Virus record (IMG/VR): IMGVR_UViG_3300020413_000062
Coordinates: 1-27,179 of that record
Source: a virus
Lineage: Duplodnaviria; Caudoviricetes
DNA: 27,179 nucleotides
Strand: one strand, 5' to 3'
Made by a program: the position numbers and the translations under genes. Below the pieces are notes generated by a model that searched no databases, was not told where the DNA came from, and saw nothing but the letters and a program-made list of their open reading frames with translations. Shown here piece after piece: positions 1-6,219 of this stretch (within the stretch, counting starts at the first letter, position 1; every line of letters begins with the position of its first letter).

Positions 1-154
1 TCCATTCTATTAGACGTTGTTCAAACTCTTCATAGGTGCCATTCAACACATGCTCGTTTTGTTTTGCTCTGTAGATAAGAAAGTGATCAAGAAGCAGAAA
101 CAACTCATCACGCTTTATATCTCTCTCCAGACGTTTCTTAGTATGATGTTTCAT
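1..154 (-). CDS. Hypothetical phage protein, 5' part only (MKHHTKKRLERDIKRDELFLLLDHFLIYRAKQNEHVLNGTYEEFEQRLIEW...), runs off the window start
   Basis: Translated by hand (absent from the ORF track): ATG at 154, GGAG a few nt upstream, open to position 1, same strand as neighbours. Confidence 0.7.
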   Translation of the reverse strand, partial: MKHHTKKRLERDIKRDELFLLLDHFLIYRAKQNEHVLNGTYEEFEQRLIEW

Positions 155-247
155 GGGTCTCCAGATCCCCGAAAAAAATTCTGGGCAAAAAAAATAAAAA
201 TCGTTTTTAAAGAATACATGGCTGCGATACCAGATACCCTATCAAGA

Positions 248-533
248 CCTCGGCCCCAGAGAGCGGCGCATAGGCCCGGCTGCTCTGGGGCGAGGGGGTT
301 GCTCCTTTCGGTAAGCGGCCGGGTCTCACCCTTTGACATCCGCACCATAATCGCGAGCAATCTCTCCACCTTTTTACCGAGGCCAGTCCCTCCTGTCATT
401 TGCCTTATCGGAGCGTGGTCATGCCACCTTTGCGACTCGGCACCGTGGTTCATCTCCGACCCCATAGCACTCTACTCTTAACCTCAACCACGGTGAGATG
501 GTGCGGTTTAGCTGGGGTTTAAACTATTGTCAA
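248..533 (-). ncRNA. Putative large structured non-coding RNA of unknown family
   Basis: GC-rich island in an AT-rich genome. Complementary helices: 506-498/348-340 (9 bp), 495-486/450-441 (10 bp), 533-528/338-333, 440-436/381-377, 295-283/261-248, plus a GAAA-capped hairpin at 316-301. Lies downstream of the promoter at 603-575. Confidence 0.65.
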
Positions 534-574
534 CCTGTCATAATTATTGCCTCTCATCACTCTATTAGATCACT

Positions 575-603
575 ATGATCGCACATTCTTGAGCAGATGT
601 CAA
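575..603 (-). promoter_or_regulatory. Sigma70-type early promoter (TTGACA-17-GATCAT, TG extended -10)
   Basis: TTGACA TCTGCT...TGTGC GATCAT; same family as the promoters at 960-988, 1118-1146 and 5355-5383. Confidence 0.7.
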
Positions 604-606
604 GAA

Positions 607-930
607 CTATCTCAAATAAGCAGGGCCAGTCCACTGTATCCAACCAAGGTTAGTGAACACGTTGCCTCGTGCTGCGTTCCTAGCAGGGGCAGCGTAACCA
701 GCGGCCTTGAGGATGTCTCCATACTTGAACTTTTTGTCTGTCTCCGTGTTAACCACGAAGCCCCAAACACTGTTCCGTTGTAGGATCTTGATGTATTTCT
801 GACCCTCTTTGACAGCAAGGCCCTCTATGAACTCAGTCTGCATCCTTTCGTTCTCAGGCATAAACCGCATATAGTCTTTAATCATCACTTCCTTGACGGC
901 CTCTAGAGCGGTTTGCATTTCCTGTTTCAT
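607..930 (-). CDS. Conserved phage hypothetical protein (GDILKAA...APA...ARGNVF...WTGPAYL family)
   Basis: ORF 607..945 with AGGA RBS before the ATG at 930; the C-terminal motif is typical of a family widespread in T4-like phages. Confidence 0.85.
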   Translation of the reverse strand: MKQEMQTALEAVKEVMIKDYMRFMPENERMQTEFIEGLAVKEGQKYIKILQRNSVWGFVVNTETDKKFKYGDILKAAGYAAPARNAARGNVFTNLGWIQWTGPAYLR

Positions 931-959
931 CTGTATTCCTTTCATTAGTTTATGTATAG

Positions 960-988
960 ATCATGACACACTTTGAAGCAAATGTCAA
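960..988 (-). promoter_or_regulatory. Sigma70-type early promoter (TTGACA-17-CATGAT)
   Basis: TTGACA TTTGCTTCAAAGTGTGT CATGAT directly upstream of the RBS/ATG at 930. Confidence 0.8.
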
Positions 989-1016
989 CACTTTTCTTCA
1001 TTTATAATCCCTTATA

Positions 1017-1029
1017 TATCAATGACTTA
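1017..1029 (+). promoter_or_regulatory. IHF-consensus box (WATCAANNNNTTR)
   Basis: TATCAATGACTTA matches the consensus exactly; near-identical boxes at 5400-5412 and 5456-5468. Confidence 0.5.
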
Positions 1030-1063
1030 GAATTTATTTTCTTCCTTAAAGGACTACATACCT

Positions 1064-1093
1064 ATTATACCAATGCCACGGCCCACCTGTCAA
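1064..1093 (-). promoter_or_regulatory. Sigma70 consensus promoter (TTGACA-18-TATAAT, TGn extended -10)
   Basis: Perfect -35 and -10 hexamers, back-to-back with the plus-strand promoter at 1118. Confidence 0.7.
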
Positions 1094-1117
1094 GGGTGAA
1101 ATGAATAAAAAAAAGAC

Positions 1118-1146
1118 TTGACTTCTGCTCAGATACCTGTTATGAT
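1118..1146 (+). promoter_or_regulatory. Sigma70-type early promoter (TTGACT-17-TATGAT) with upstream A-tract
   Basis: TTGACT TCTGCTCAGATACCTGT TATGAT CACTAT, followed by an AAGGA RBS and ATG at 1179. Confidence 0.8.
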
Positions 1147-1178
1147 CACTATACAATAAACAATTAAGGAAACAAATT

Positions 1179-1325
1179 ATGTCAGTTAACTATCTTATGG
1201 AAGCGAAAGGAATGGATAAGGAAGAAGCGGAAATCGTAGACTACCTTATGTGTAGTAAGGGTATGTCCTATGAAGAGGCACTCGAAACCTCTCTCATGCT
1301 GCTTCAAATCCAAAACGGAAACTAA
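1179..1325 (+). CDS. Small 48-aa acidic early protein (MSVNYLMEAKGMDKEEAEIVDYLMCSKGMSYEEALETSLMLLQIQNGN)
   Basis: Translated by hand (below the ORF-track cutoff); has its own promoter and AAGGA RBS; internal repeat YLMxxKGMxxEEA twice. Confidence 0.8.
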   Translation: MSVNYLMEAKGMDKEEAEIVDYLMCSKGMSYEEALETSLMLLQIQNGN

Positions 1326-1401
1326 GCTCCTCTCCTTTTAAAACGTGGGGGCAGCGCTCTGCTGCTTGGGGCGTGCGGATTTAGATAACCACATTTCCCC
1401 A

Positions 1402-1623
1402 CTATTTACCACTTAGCACCTCAAGTATAGAACTCTTACCCTTCTGTCTCACCTTCCTGTTACTCAGGTTCTTATTCTTTTTCTTCTCCTTCCTACTCAG
1501 GCTCGGTACGTTGTTTACTCGTGTTCCGTGTTTGATTCCTGCCATAGTAATCTCTTCTATCGTTCTAAAGCACCCTATACAGATATCATCCTCTAGGACA
1601 CAAACTCCTATGCACCCCGACAC
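1402..1623 (-). CDS. DUF1289-like Cys-rich (putative Fe-S/Zn-binding) protein with basic tail
   Basis: Motif CIGVCxLxxDxCxGCFRTxEEI; GTG start overlapping the upstream TAG. Confidence 0.65.
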   Translation of the reverse strand: MSGCIGVCVLEDDICIGCFRTIEEITMAGIKHGTRVNNVPSLSRKEKKKNKNLSNRKVRQKGKSSILEVLSGK

Positions 1624-1805
1624 TATTTTGCTACAGGGAAAAAGTAGTAAGTGTCCCCAGTGAAATACCACAAGAGGGCAGAGAATGGCGCAGTGATAAC
1701 GATGATGCCTATCAACTCTACTAGGATACGTTTCCATAATGGCAAAGTTTCTTGCCACTCTCTGAATGGTTTTAGTTTTCTATACAAATAACCCATATAC
1801 CACAC
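1623..1805 (-). CDS. Small membrane protein, hypothetical
   Basis: One hydrophobic segment; tightly packed with neighbours. Confidence 0.65.
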   Translation of the reverse strand: MWYMGYLYRKLKPFREWQETLPLWKRILVELIGIIVITAPFSALLWYFTGDTYYFFPVAK

Positions 1806-1941
1806 ACCATGCCTCTAGGAATAATGCTTGTGCCAGTGGGGCCATCATTACTAACGCAGCACTGATACCTAATAACAGCAAATATTCTTCCCATGTTAAG
1901 TTTACTAATCTATCTTGAATTCTCTTCTCAGGTGAATTCAT
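1780..1941 (-). CDS. Small membrane protein, hypothetical
   Basis: 3' part of ORF 1780..2064; the ATG at 1941 overlaps the upstream TGA (ATGA); hydrophobic. Confidence 0.6.
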   Translation of the reverse strand: MNSPEKRIQDRLVNLTWEEYLLLLGISAALVMMAPLAQALFLEAWCVVYGLFV

Positions 1942-2075
1942 ATTACTTCTTCTCCGTCTTTGCCTATCTGTTGAATACAGGATTGGGCACTCGACCACCA
2001 ACCATCTGGTGGCAGTGGAGCACCCATTCCAAGCCATATACCGAATATCAACCACAAAATCCAATTACCTTTCAT
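1938..2075 (-). CDS. Small 45-aa membrane/secreted protein (MKGNWILWLIFGIWLGMGAPLPPDGWW...)
   Basis: Translated by hand; GAGG RBS upstream; stop overlaps the next ATG. Confidence 0.6.
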   Translation of the reverse strand: MKGNWILWLIFGIWLGMGAPLPPDGWWSSAQSCIQQIGKDGEEVI

Positions 2076-2124
2076 GTCATGTTACCTCATAACCAATCTG
2101 TCCACATCGGCAAGAAATGCATCA

Positions 2125-2394
2125 TCAGCGCCCTATCCTCATCCTCATTGAATTTATGGCGTGTTCAATCTCGGCGGTTGCTTGTGATTTTGGCATCATA
2201 CTACAATGCATCTGTGACCCGAATGACTCGCAAACCTCAATCATATCTGATTTCTGTGCAATCATAGACTTCAGCGTTGACGGTTTGTAATCATAATAAT
2301 TTTCATTCGAGTCTGTGCTGGTGGCGGACGTAGCGGCGCATCCTACGGATAGCACACACAAGAATAAAATCGGAAGTGTTTTCAACTTCTCCAT
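2125..2394 (-). CDS. Putative lipoprotein
   Basis: Basic N-terminus, hydrophobic stretch, lipobox-like LSVG-C; GGAG RBS upstream. Confidence 0.75.
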   Translation of the reverse strand: MEKLKTLPILFLCVLSVGCAATSATSTDSNENYYDYKPSTLKSMIAQKSDMIEVCESFGSQMHCSMMPKSQATAEIEHAINSMRMRIGR

Positions 2395-2419
2395 GACGTT
2401 TTTTTCTCCTCTTCGGAAG

Positions 2420-2659
2420 TTATAGTTTAATTGCTAGGACTATCAGTATAGCGACTAGCAGTATGTTGGTAGTTAAAATGAGAATACCCAGCATTGTGTG
2501 ATACCAAACCCATCTCGTTTTGTAGGCATTTTCAATGCTCACATCATCAGGGTCAGGGTCAACACTCAACTTGGCGCCCTCTACAAAAAACTTCCCGAAA
2601 CTACCTATCCAAGAAGCTTTCGTCTTTTCAGTTCTTGCTTTACTTTTGTTTTCCATTTT
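2420..2659 (-). CDS. Hypothetical membrane protein
   Basis: C-terminal transmembrane helix; DPDPxDVSIENAYKTRWVWYH motif; start uncertain (2659 or 2689). Confidence 0.7.
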   Translation of the reverse strand, partial: KMENKSKARTEKTKASWIGSFGKFFVEGAKLSVDPDPDDVSIENAYKTRWVWYHTMLGILILTTNILLVAILIVLAIKL

Positions 2660-3594
2660 CTCTGCACTGTGGTAGACGGATGCTCCCACATCTTCTTAGC
2701 GGGTGTGTTACATTCAAAATACGAAAACTCAGCCAACCCGCCTTTCTTCACTCTGTCGTTCTCGTAAAAAAACCATGTATCCCAATCAATCATATCAACC
2801 CAGTGTTTTGTGTCAGGATACTTTCTCTGAATTGCCTTGTTGTGATATTCGCTCGTCATATCGTCAGGAACATCATTTGTTTTGTTGGCAAATTCATCGT
2901 ACAATCTACGTCCCATCCACCCAGCAGTGGCATTAATTGACGTTTTGTTTTTGTCGTATCCGTCCCACTCGTGTAGGTCATGGAATATGTTCATCCAGCA
3001 CATATTGACCAGTGGCACGTTCAGTGTTTGACACAATGTCTGTAGTCCAACTATGGCACGGCAAGTGTCCACATAGCATTGTGGAATGTTATACATGCCT
3101 TCGTAATAATTTTTTAATCTGCCGTCCAGTGAGGGAATTCCATAGTTCCAAACACCATACCCGCCACCAACAATCAACCAGTTTGACATCGGGTGTTTGA
3201 GCTCACCACCAGTGCCATCGTGATACACGTTGTCTTTTAAAATGTAATTGGTAAATCCTTGTCCCACGCCGTTGTAGGCATTTCTGTAGTCGGGGTCTGT
3301 GTGGGTCATCAAAAACTCTTTGCGTAGTGGCGATGACCACATACACAAAACTGCTGGATTCATGTCCAGCGTTTCTTGTTTGGAAAGTTCGTATGCGAGT
3401 CGGTCAAAAATAATTTGGTTGCCAGAAGCCATCTCGGCGGTGTTCAATAGTTGAGGCCCTACTCGCAAGTCCTCTTTTAATTGCCATGCCCAAGATAGTT
3501 TCTTCTCATCTGGTTGTGCCGTGAAAGAACAACCACCTACCAATAATAACTTATCGTTTGCCCCCATCGTAGCGAACCGCATGTCCTTTTTCAA
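2605..3594 (-). CDS. SGNH/GDSL-like hydrolase-fold protein
   Basis: N-terminal GGCSFT block, A..ASGN, C-terminal HP. True start is probably 3582 or 3567. Confidence 0.7.
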   Translation of the reverse strand: MKKDMRFATMGANDKLLLVGGCSFTAQPDEKKLSWAWQLKEDLRVGPQLLNTAEMASGNQIIFDRLAYELSKQETLDMNPAVLCMWSSPLRKEFLMTHTDPDYRNAYNGVGQGFTNYILKDNVYHDGTGGELKHPMSNWLIVGGGYGVWNYGIPSLDGRLKNYYEGMYNIPQCYVDTCRAIVGLQTLCQTLNVPLVNMCWMNIFHDLHEWDGYDKNKTSINATAGWMGRRLYDEFANKTNDVPDDMTSEYHNKAIQRKYPDTKHWVDMIDWDTWFFYENDRVKKGGLAEFSYFECNTPAKKMWEHPSTTVQRKWKTKVKQELKRRKLLG

Positions 3595-3916
3595 TCAAGT
3601 ATTCGTTCAAAGATTTATCGGCGTACTCACCCGCTGACCATATCTCACCCAGTATCCTACCGAATTTGCCCTTAGCGTCATACTTCCGTGTTTTCAGTGT
3701 AGCGGATTTGCCCTCTGGACAAAACTGCTTTACGAAATCCTTCGCCGCGAGGCCTCGTTTCTTCTCTTCTAAATCTCGTGTTCTACTCTCGGGCGTATTG
3801 ATGCCCACTAGTCTGACTCTCTCATTACGCAAAACGACATCGAACCCAAGGTCAATGTCTACATCTACCGTATCGCCATCAACCCATCGATTGATAGTCA
3901 CTCTGTATTCATACAT
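3551..3916 (-). CDS. Thermonuclease (SNase-like) family nuclease
   Basis: VDGDTVD...RVRLVGINTPE...GKFGRILG...YDGG motifs. Confidence 0.9.
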   Translation of the reverse strand: MYEYRVTINRWVDGDTVDVDIDLGFDVVLRNERVRLVGINTPESRTRDLEEKKRGLAAKDFVKQFCPEGKSATLKTRKYDAKGKFGRILGEIWSAGEYADKSLNEYLIEKGHAVRYDGGKR

Positions 3917-3919
3917 GGT

Positions 3920-4165
3920 TTATTCCTCTTCGGTTGCTCCTGCTAATTCTTTTAGCATGAAACTATGTAGGCGATTTCCATCTTTGCCGAGTGTGATGAA
4001 TGTCCACTCTTCGCCCATCTTTTCTTTGAGGAATTCTTCAAATACTGTTAGCATAACGATGTTATGAACGGAAGCAGATTGTTTAAATCCAATCCAATAA
4101 CTCGTGTAGCCTACGCCACCGCAAATCAGTATTGTTAATAAAAATAGAAATGTTTCATAGGTCAT
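3920..4165 (-). CDS. Hypothetical membrane-anchored protein
   Basis: N-terminal transmembrane segment; ATGA overlap at 4162-4165. Confidence 0.7.
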   Translation of the reverse strand: MTYETFLFLLTILICGGVGYTSYWIGFKQSASVHNIVMLTVFEEFLKEKMGEEWTFITLGKDGNRLHSFMLKELAGATEEE

Positions 4166-4332
4166 AGGAACTCCATGTTTGCCCATTGATTTTCAAGGAA
4201 CTGCCGATTGTGCGCCACATACTCTCTGTAGCTTAACAATGGTTGATTATAGGATTCTCGTTCTTCACAATTTTTGTGAAACATTTCGTGAAAGAAAGCA
4301 TCTTTCGCTTCTTCAAGTGAGATAGTCATATA
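4162..4332 (-). CDS. Hypothetical protein
   Basis: Packed ORF; the ATG at 4332 has GGAG upstream. Confidence 0.65.
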   Translation of the reverse strand, partial: YMTISLEEAKDAFFHEMFHKNCEERESYNQPLLSYREYVAHNRQFLENQWANMEFL

Positions 4333-4906
4333 TCTGCTCCCAGTTTTGGACAACCAGTGCATTACCTTTGTAATTCATGTTATGCCCATGTTCTACTAAA
4401 ATACCCTCAAATCCAACTTTCATGCCTGCCTCGACATTGACATACTTGTCTTCTATCCAAGGCGCTCCGTAGTATTTATGCGACAACTGTTCTAGAATCT
4501 CATCTTTATCGGCACCACACGCTAAATAAATGTAATCGTGAAATGTATCTTCGCCGAACAACTTCTTTAGATTCCTCGTTCTCAACTCTTGGGCGTATTT
4601 GTCCTCGTGTAGACTCGTTACAGCAACAAACCTATATCCATGCTTCTCAGCAAGTAACTTCATATAGTGTTGGGCATCTCTCAATGGAGGCAAAAACCCG
4701 ATAGCAGCACTGCTGTTGAATTGATTGGTCAGTCTCTTACCCTCGGCAACTGTCACGCCGAATCTGTCAGAAACTTTATACTTCATTTTCCAATCTTCGC
4801 CCACTGGTTTAATCCCATTGTGAGCCATCCAAGTAAAGAATGCTGTTTCCCAATCAAGGCAAACACCATCGCAGTCTGTTAAAATTATTTTGTTCGTTAA
4901 TACCAT
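4313..4906 (-). CDS. HAD-superfamily phosphatase / 5'-nucleotidase-like protein
   Basis: HAD motif I DCDGVCLD, VTS motif II, K...WIEDK motifs III/IV; common in T4-like phages. Confidence 0.85.
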   Translation of the reverse strand: MVLTNKIILTDCDGVCLDWETAFFTWMAHNGIKPVGEDWKMKYKVSDRFGVTVAEGKRLTNQFNSSAAIGFLPPLRDAQHYMKLLAEKHGYRFVAVTSLHEDKYAQELRTRNLKKLFGEDTFHDYIYLACGADKDEILEQLSHKYYGAPWIEDKYVNVEAGMKVGFEGILVEHGHNMNYKGNALVVQNWEQIYDYLT

Positions 4907-5088
4907 TACAACCTCTTTGGAATACTAAGACTCTCCAGGCCTATCGTCTGCCTTTCCTGTTTCGCCACGCCCAAAAAGAATTCAAGGTCAGGGGCGATTT
5001 GCTTTTTGACCAAGAGTTCTGCCAATGCTTGGTGTTCTTCTTTATTCAACCTCGCAATATGTTCAGCAATGTATTCAACTGTCACCAT
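4906..5088 (-). CDS. Hypothetical protein
   Basis: GGAG RBS before the ATG at 5088; TAATG overlap with the next gene. Confidence 0.7.
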   Translation of the reverse strand: MVTVEYIAEHIARLNKEEHQALAELLVKKQIAPDLEFFLGVAKQERQTIGLESLSIPKRL

Positions 5089-5089
5089 C

Positions 5090-5320
5090 TTACACTCCAC
5101 TCAGTTTGATTGCGTATTGATACATTTCCATGGCACCTTCAGCGGTCTCAAAACCATACTCATCAGCAAAGTCCATTGAAGAAGAACCCATCACGCGATT
5201 GGCGAGTCCTTGTTTTGCGATAATTTCAGCACACTCTTCAAGAGTAGCACCAAAAATATGAGTATCACAAATAGTAATGAACTCTAAACCACCATTCTTT
5301 GCAGCAACAAAATCAATCAT
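5090..5320 (-). CDS. Hypothetical early phage protein
   Basis: First ORF behind the promoter at 5355-5383. Confidence 0.8.
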   Translation of the reverse strand: MIDFVAAKNGGLEFITICDTHIFGATLEECAEIIAKQGLANRVMGSSSMDFADEYGFETAEGAMEMYQYAIKLSGV

Positions 5321-5354
5321 ACTTTTCTCTCATTTCTCAATTAATTACATAGTG

Positions 5355-5383
5355 ATCATGACATACTTCCAAGCAAATGTCAA
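5355..5383 (-). promoter_or_regulatory. Sigma70-type early promoter (TTGACA-17-CATGAT)
   Basis: TTGACA TTTGCTTGGAAGTATGT CATGAT CACTAT; near copy of 960-988. Confidence 0.8.
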
Positions 5384-5399
5384 GAGAAAGCCGCCTTCG

Positions 5400-5468
5400 T
5401 AAGTCATTGATTTATAAGGAAAAGCGAAAATAATTGAAATTTCTTTTCCCTTATGAATCAAGGGCTTA
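5400..5468. repeat. Imperfect inverted repeat (~25-bp arms), each arm carrying an IHF-consensus box
   Basis: TAAGTCATTGATTTATAAGGAAAAG ... CTTTTCCCTTATGAATCAAGGGCTTA. Confidence 0.75.
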
Positions 5469-5996
5469 GTCAACAGGGCGGTATTTGTCATAGAATCTAC
5501 CCCATTGCCACTCTTCTGGGATGACGCCATCCGCCCTAACTAGGTGAGCTTTACCAGATGGTTCAACACACCATCGCATTTTAGGGCGCTCATACGCCTT
5601 CTGGCGAATCTTGGCGACTGTTTCTGGACTATGTTTCCGCCCATACATGGGATTGAACTCCCCACGGCGTGTACCTGTCATTGTGGCGGATATCTTGCGT
5701 CTGTGGTCTTCGGTCAGGCCATCGGCGTGAGGGTGTTTACTACCTAACTTTGCCTGTCGTATACGTTCACGGCCTTCGGGTGTGTGCCACCCTGTCCTAT
5801 CTCGACACCTATCAACGATAGGCAGATTGTTCTTATTCTGCCCTATGACATAATCTCTAACTTTCTCAACTTGAGAGAATTTGATAATCATCTCTCGTGG
5901 TTTTGGTACATCCTGTAGACTGTGTTCGTCAACAATCCAGTATTCGTTCTTCCATCCACCACATTTGAAGAGAAAGAATCTAGAAGCTCTTTCCAT
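5466..5996 (-). CDS. NUMOD3-repeat DNA-binding protein (homing-endonuclease-related), no recognisable nuclease domain
   Basis: HTPEGRERIRQAKLG, LTEDHRRKISATMTG and NPMYGRKHSPETVAKI repeats. Confidence 0.8.
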   Translation of the reverse strand: MERASRFFLFKCGGWKNEYWIVDEHSLQDVPKPREMIIKFSQVEKVRDYVIGQNKNNLPIVDRCRDRTGWHTPEGRERIRQAKLGSKHPHADGLTEDHRRKISATMTGTRRGEFNPMYGRKHSPETVAKIRQKAYERPKMRWCVEPSGKAHLVRADGVIPEEWQWGRFYDKYRPVD

Positions 5997-6219
5997 TTGA
6001 TAATTTACCCGACTTCACGATTTCAAGCATTGCTAATTTATCTGCATACTCGCTCATCATTCCTAGTTCTTTTTCTATTGTGTCCATGATATCAGGGTGT
6101 TCTGCCACCCCAACGCCCCTGTCAAGTAATACTTCGATGTTGATTCTGTGTCGGGCCATTTGACCTTCAAGCACATGTTCCATCGTCTTGACCATTTGGT
6201 TTCTGTTAATCGCCGTCAT
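5980..6219 (-). CDS. Conserved T4-like phage hypothetical protein
   Basis: HxxNIEVLL...VGVAEHPDIMDTIEKEL motif seen in marine T4-like phages. Confidence 0.85.
   Translation of the reverse strand: MTAINRNQMVKTMEHVLEGQMARHRINIEVLLDRGVGVAEHPDIMDTIEKELGMMSEYADKLAMLEIVKSGKLSNGKSF

Noticed and set aside
17-481. 154-aa plus-strand ORF and 104-aa minus-strand ORF (151..465)
   Set aside because: No RBS or motifs; they are open mainly because the region is GC-rich, and the plus ORF is antisense to the gene at 154-1. An RNA structure explains the region better.
248-533. RNase P RNA, tmRNA, tRNA or group I/II intron identity
   Set aside because: No GAGGAAAGUCC P4 strand, no tRNA-like T-arm/CCA end, no recognisable group I P7 core or group II domain V. 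Resemblances such as GGGTGAGACCC are too short to count.
524-541. Selenocysteine or TGA readthrough of the minigene, or an alternative genetic code
   Set aside because: A TAG follows two codons later, and all three stop codons terminate conserved genes normally elsewhere in the window.
5345-5530. 61-aa minus-strand ORF
   Set aside because: It overlaps the NUMOD3 gene end, the inverted repeat and the promoter; most likely spurious.
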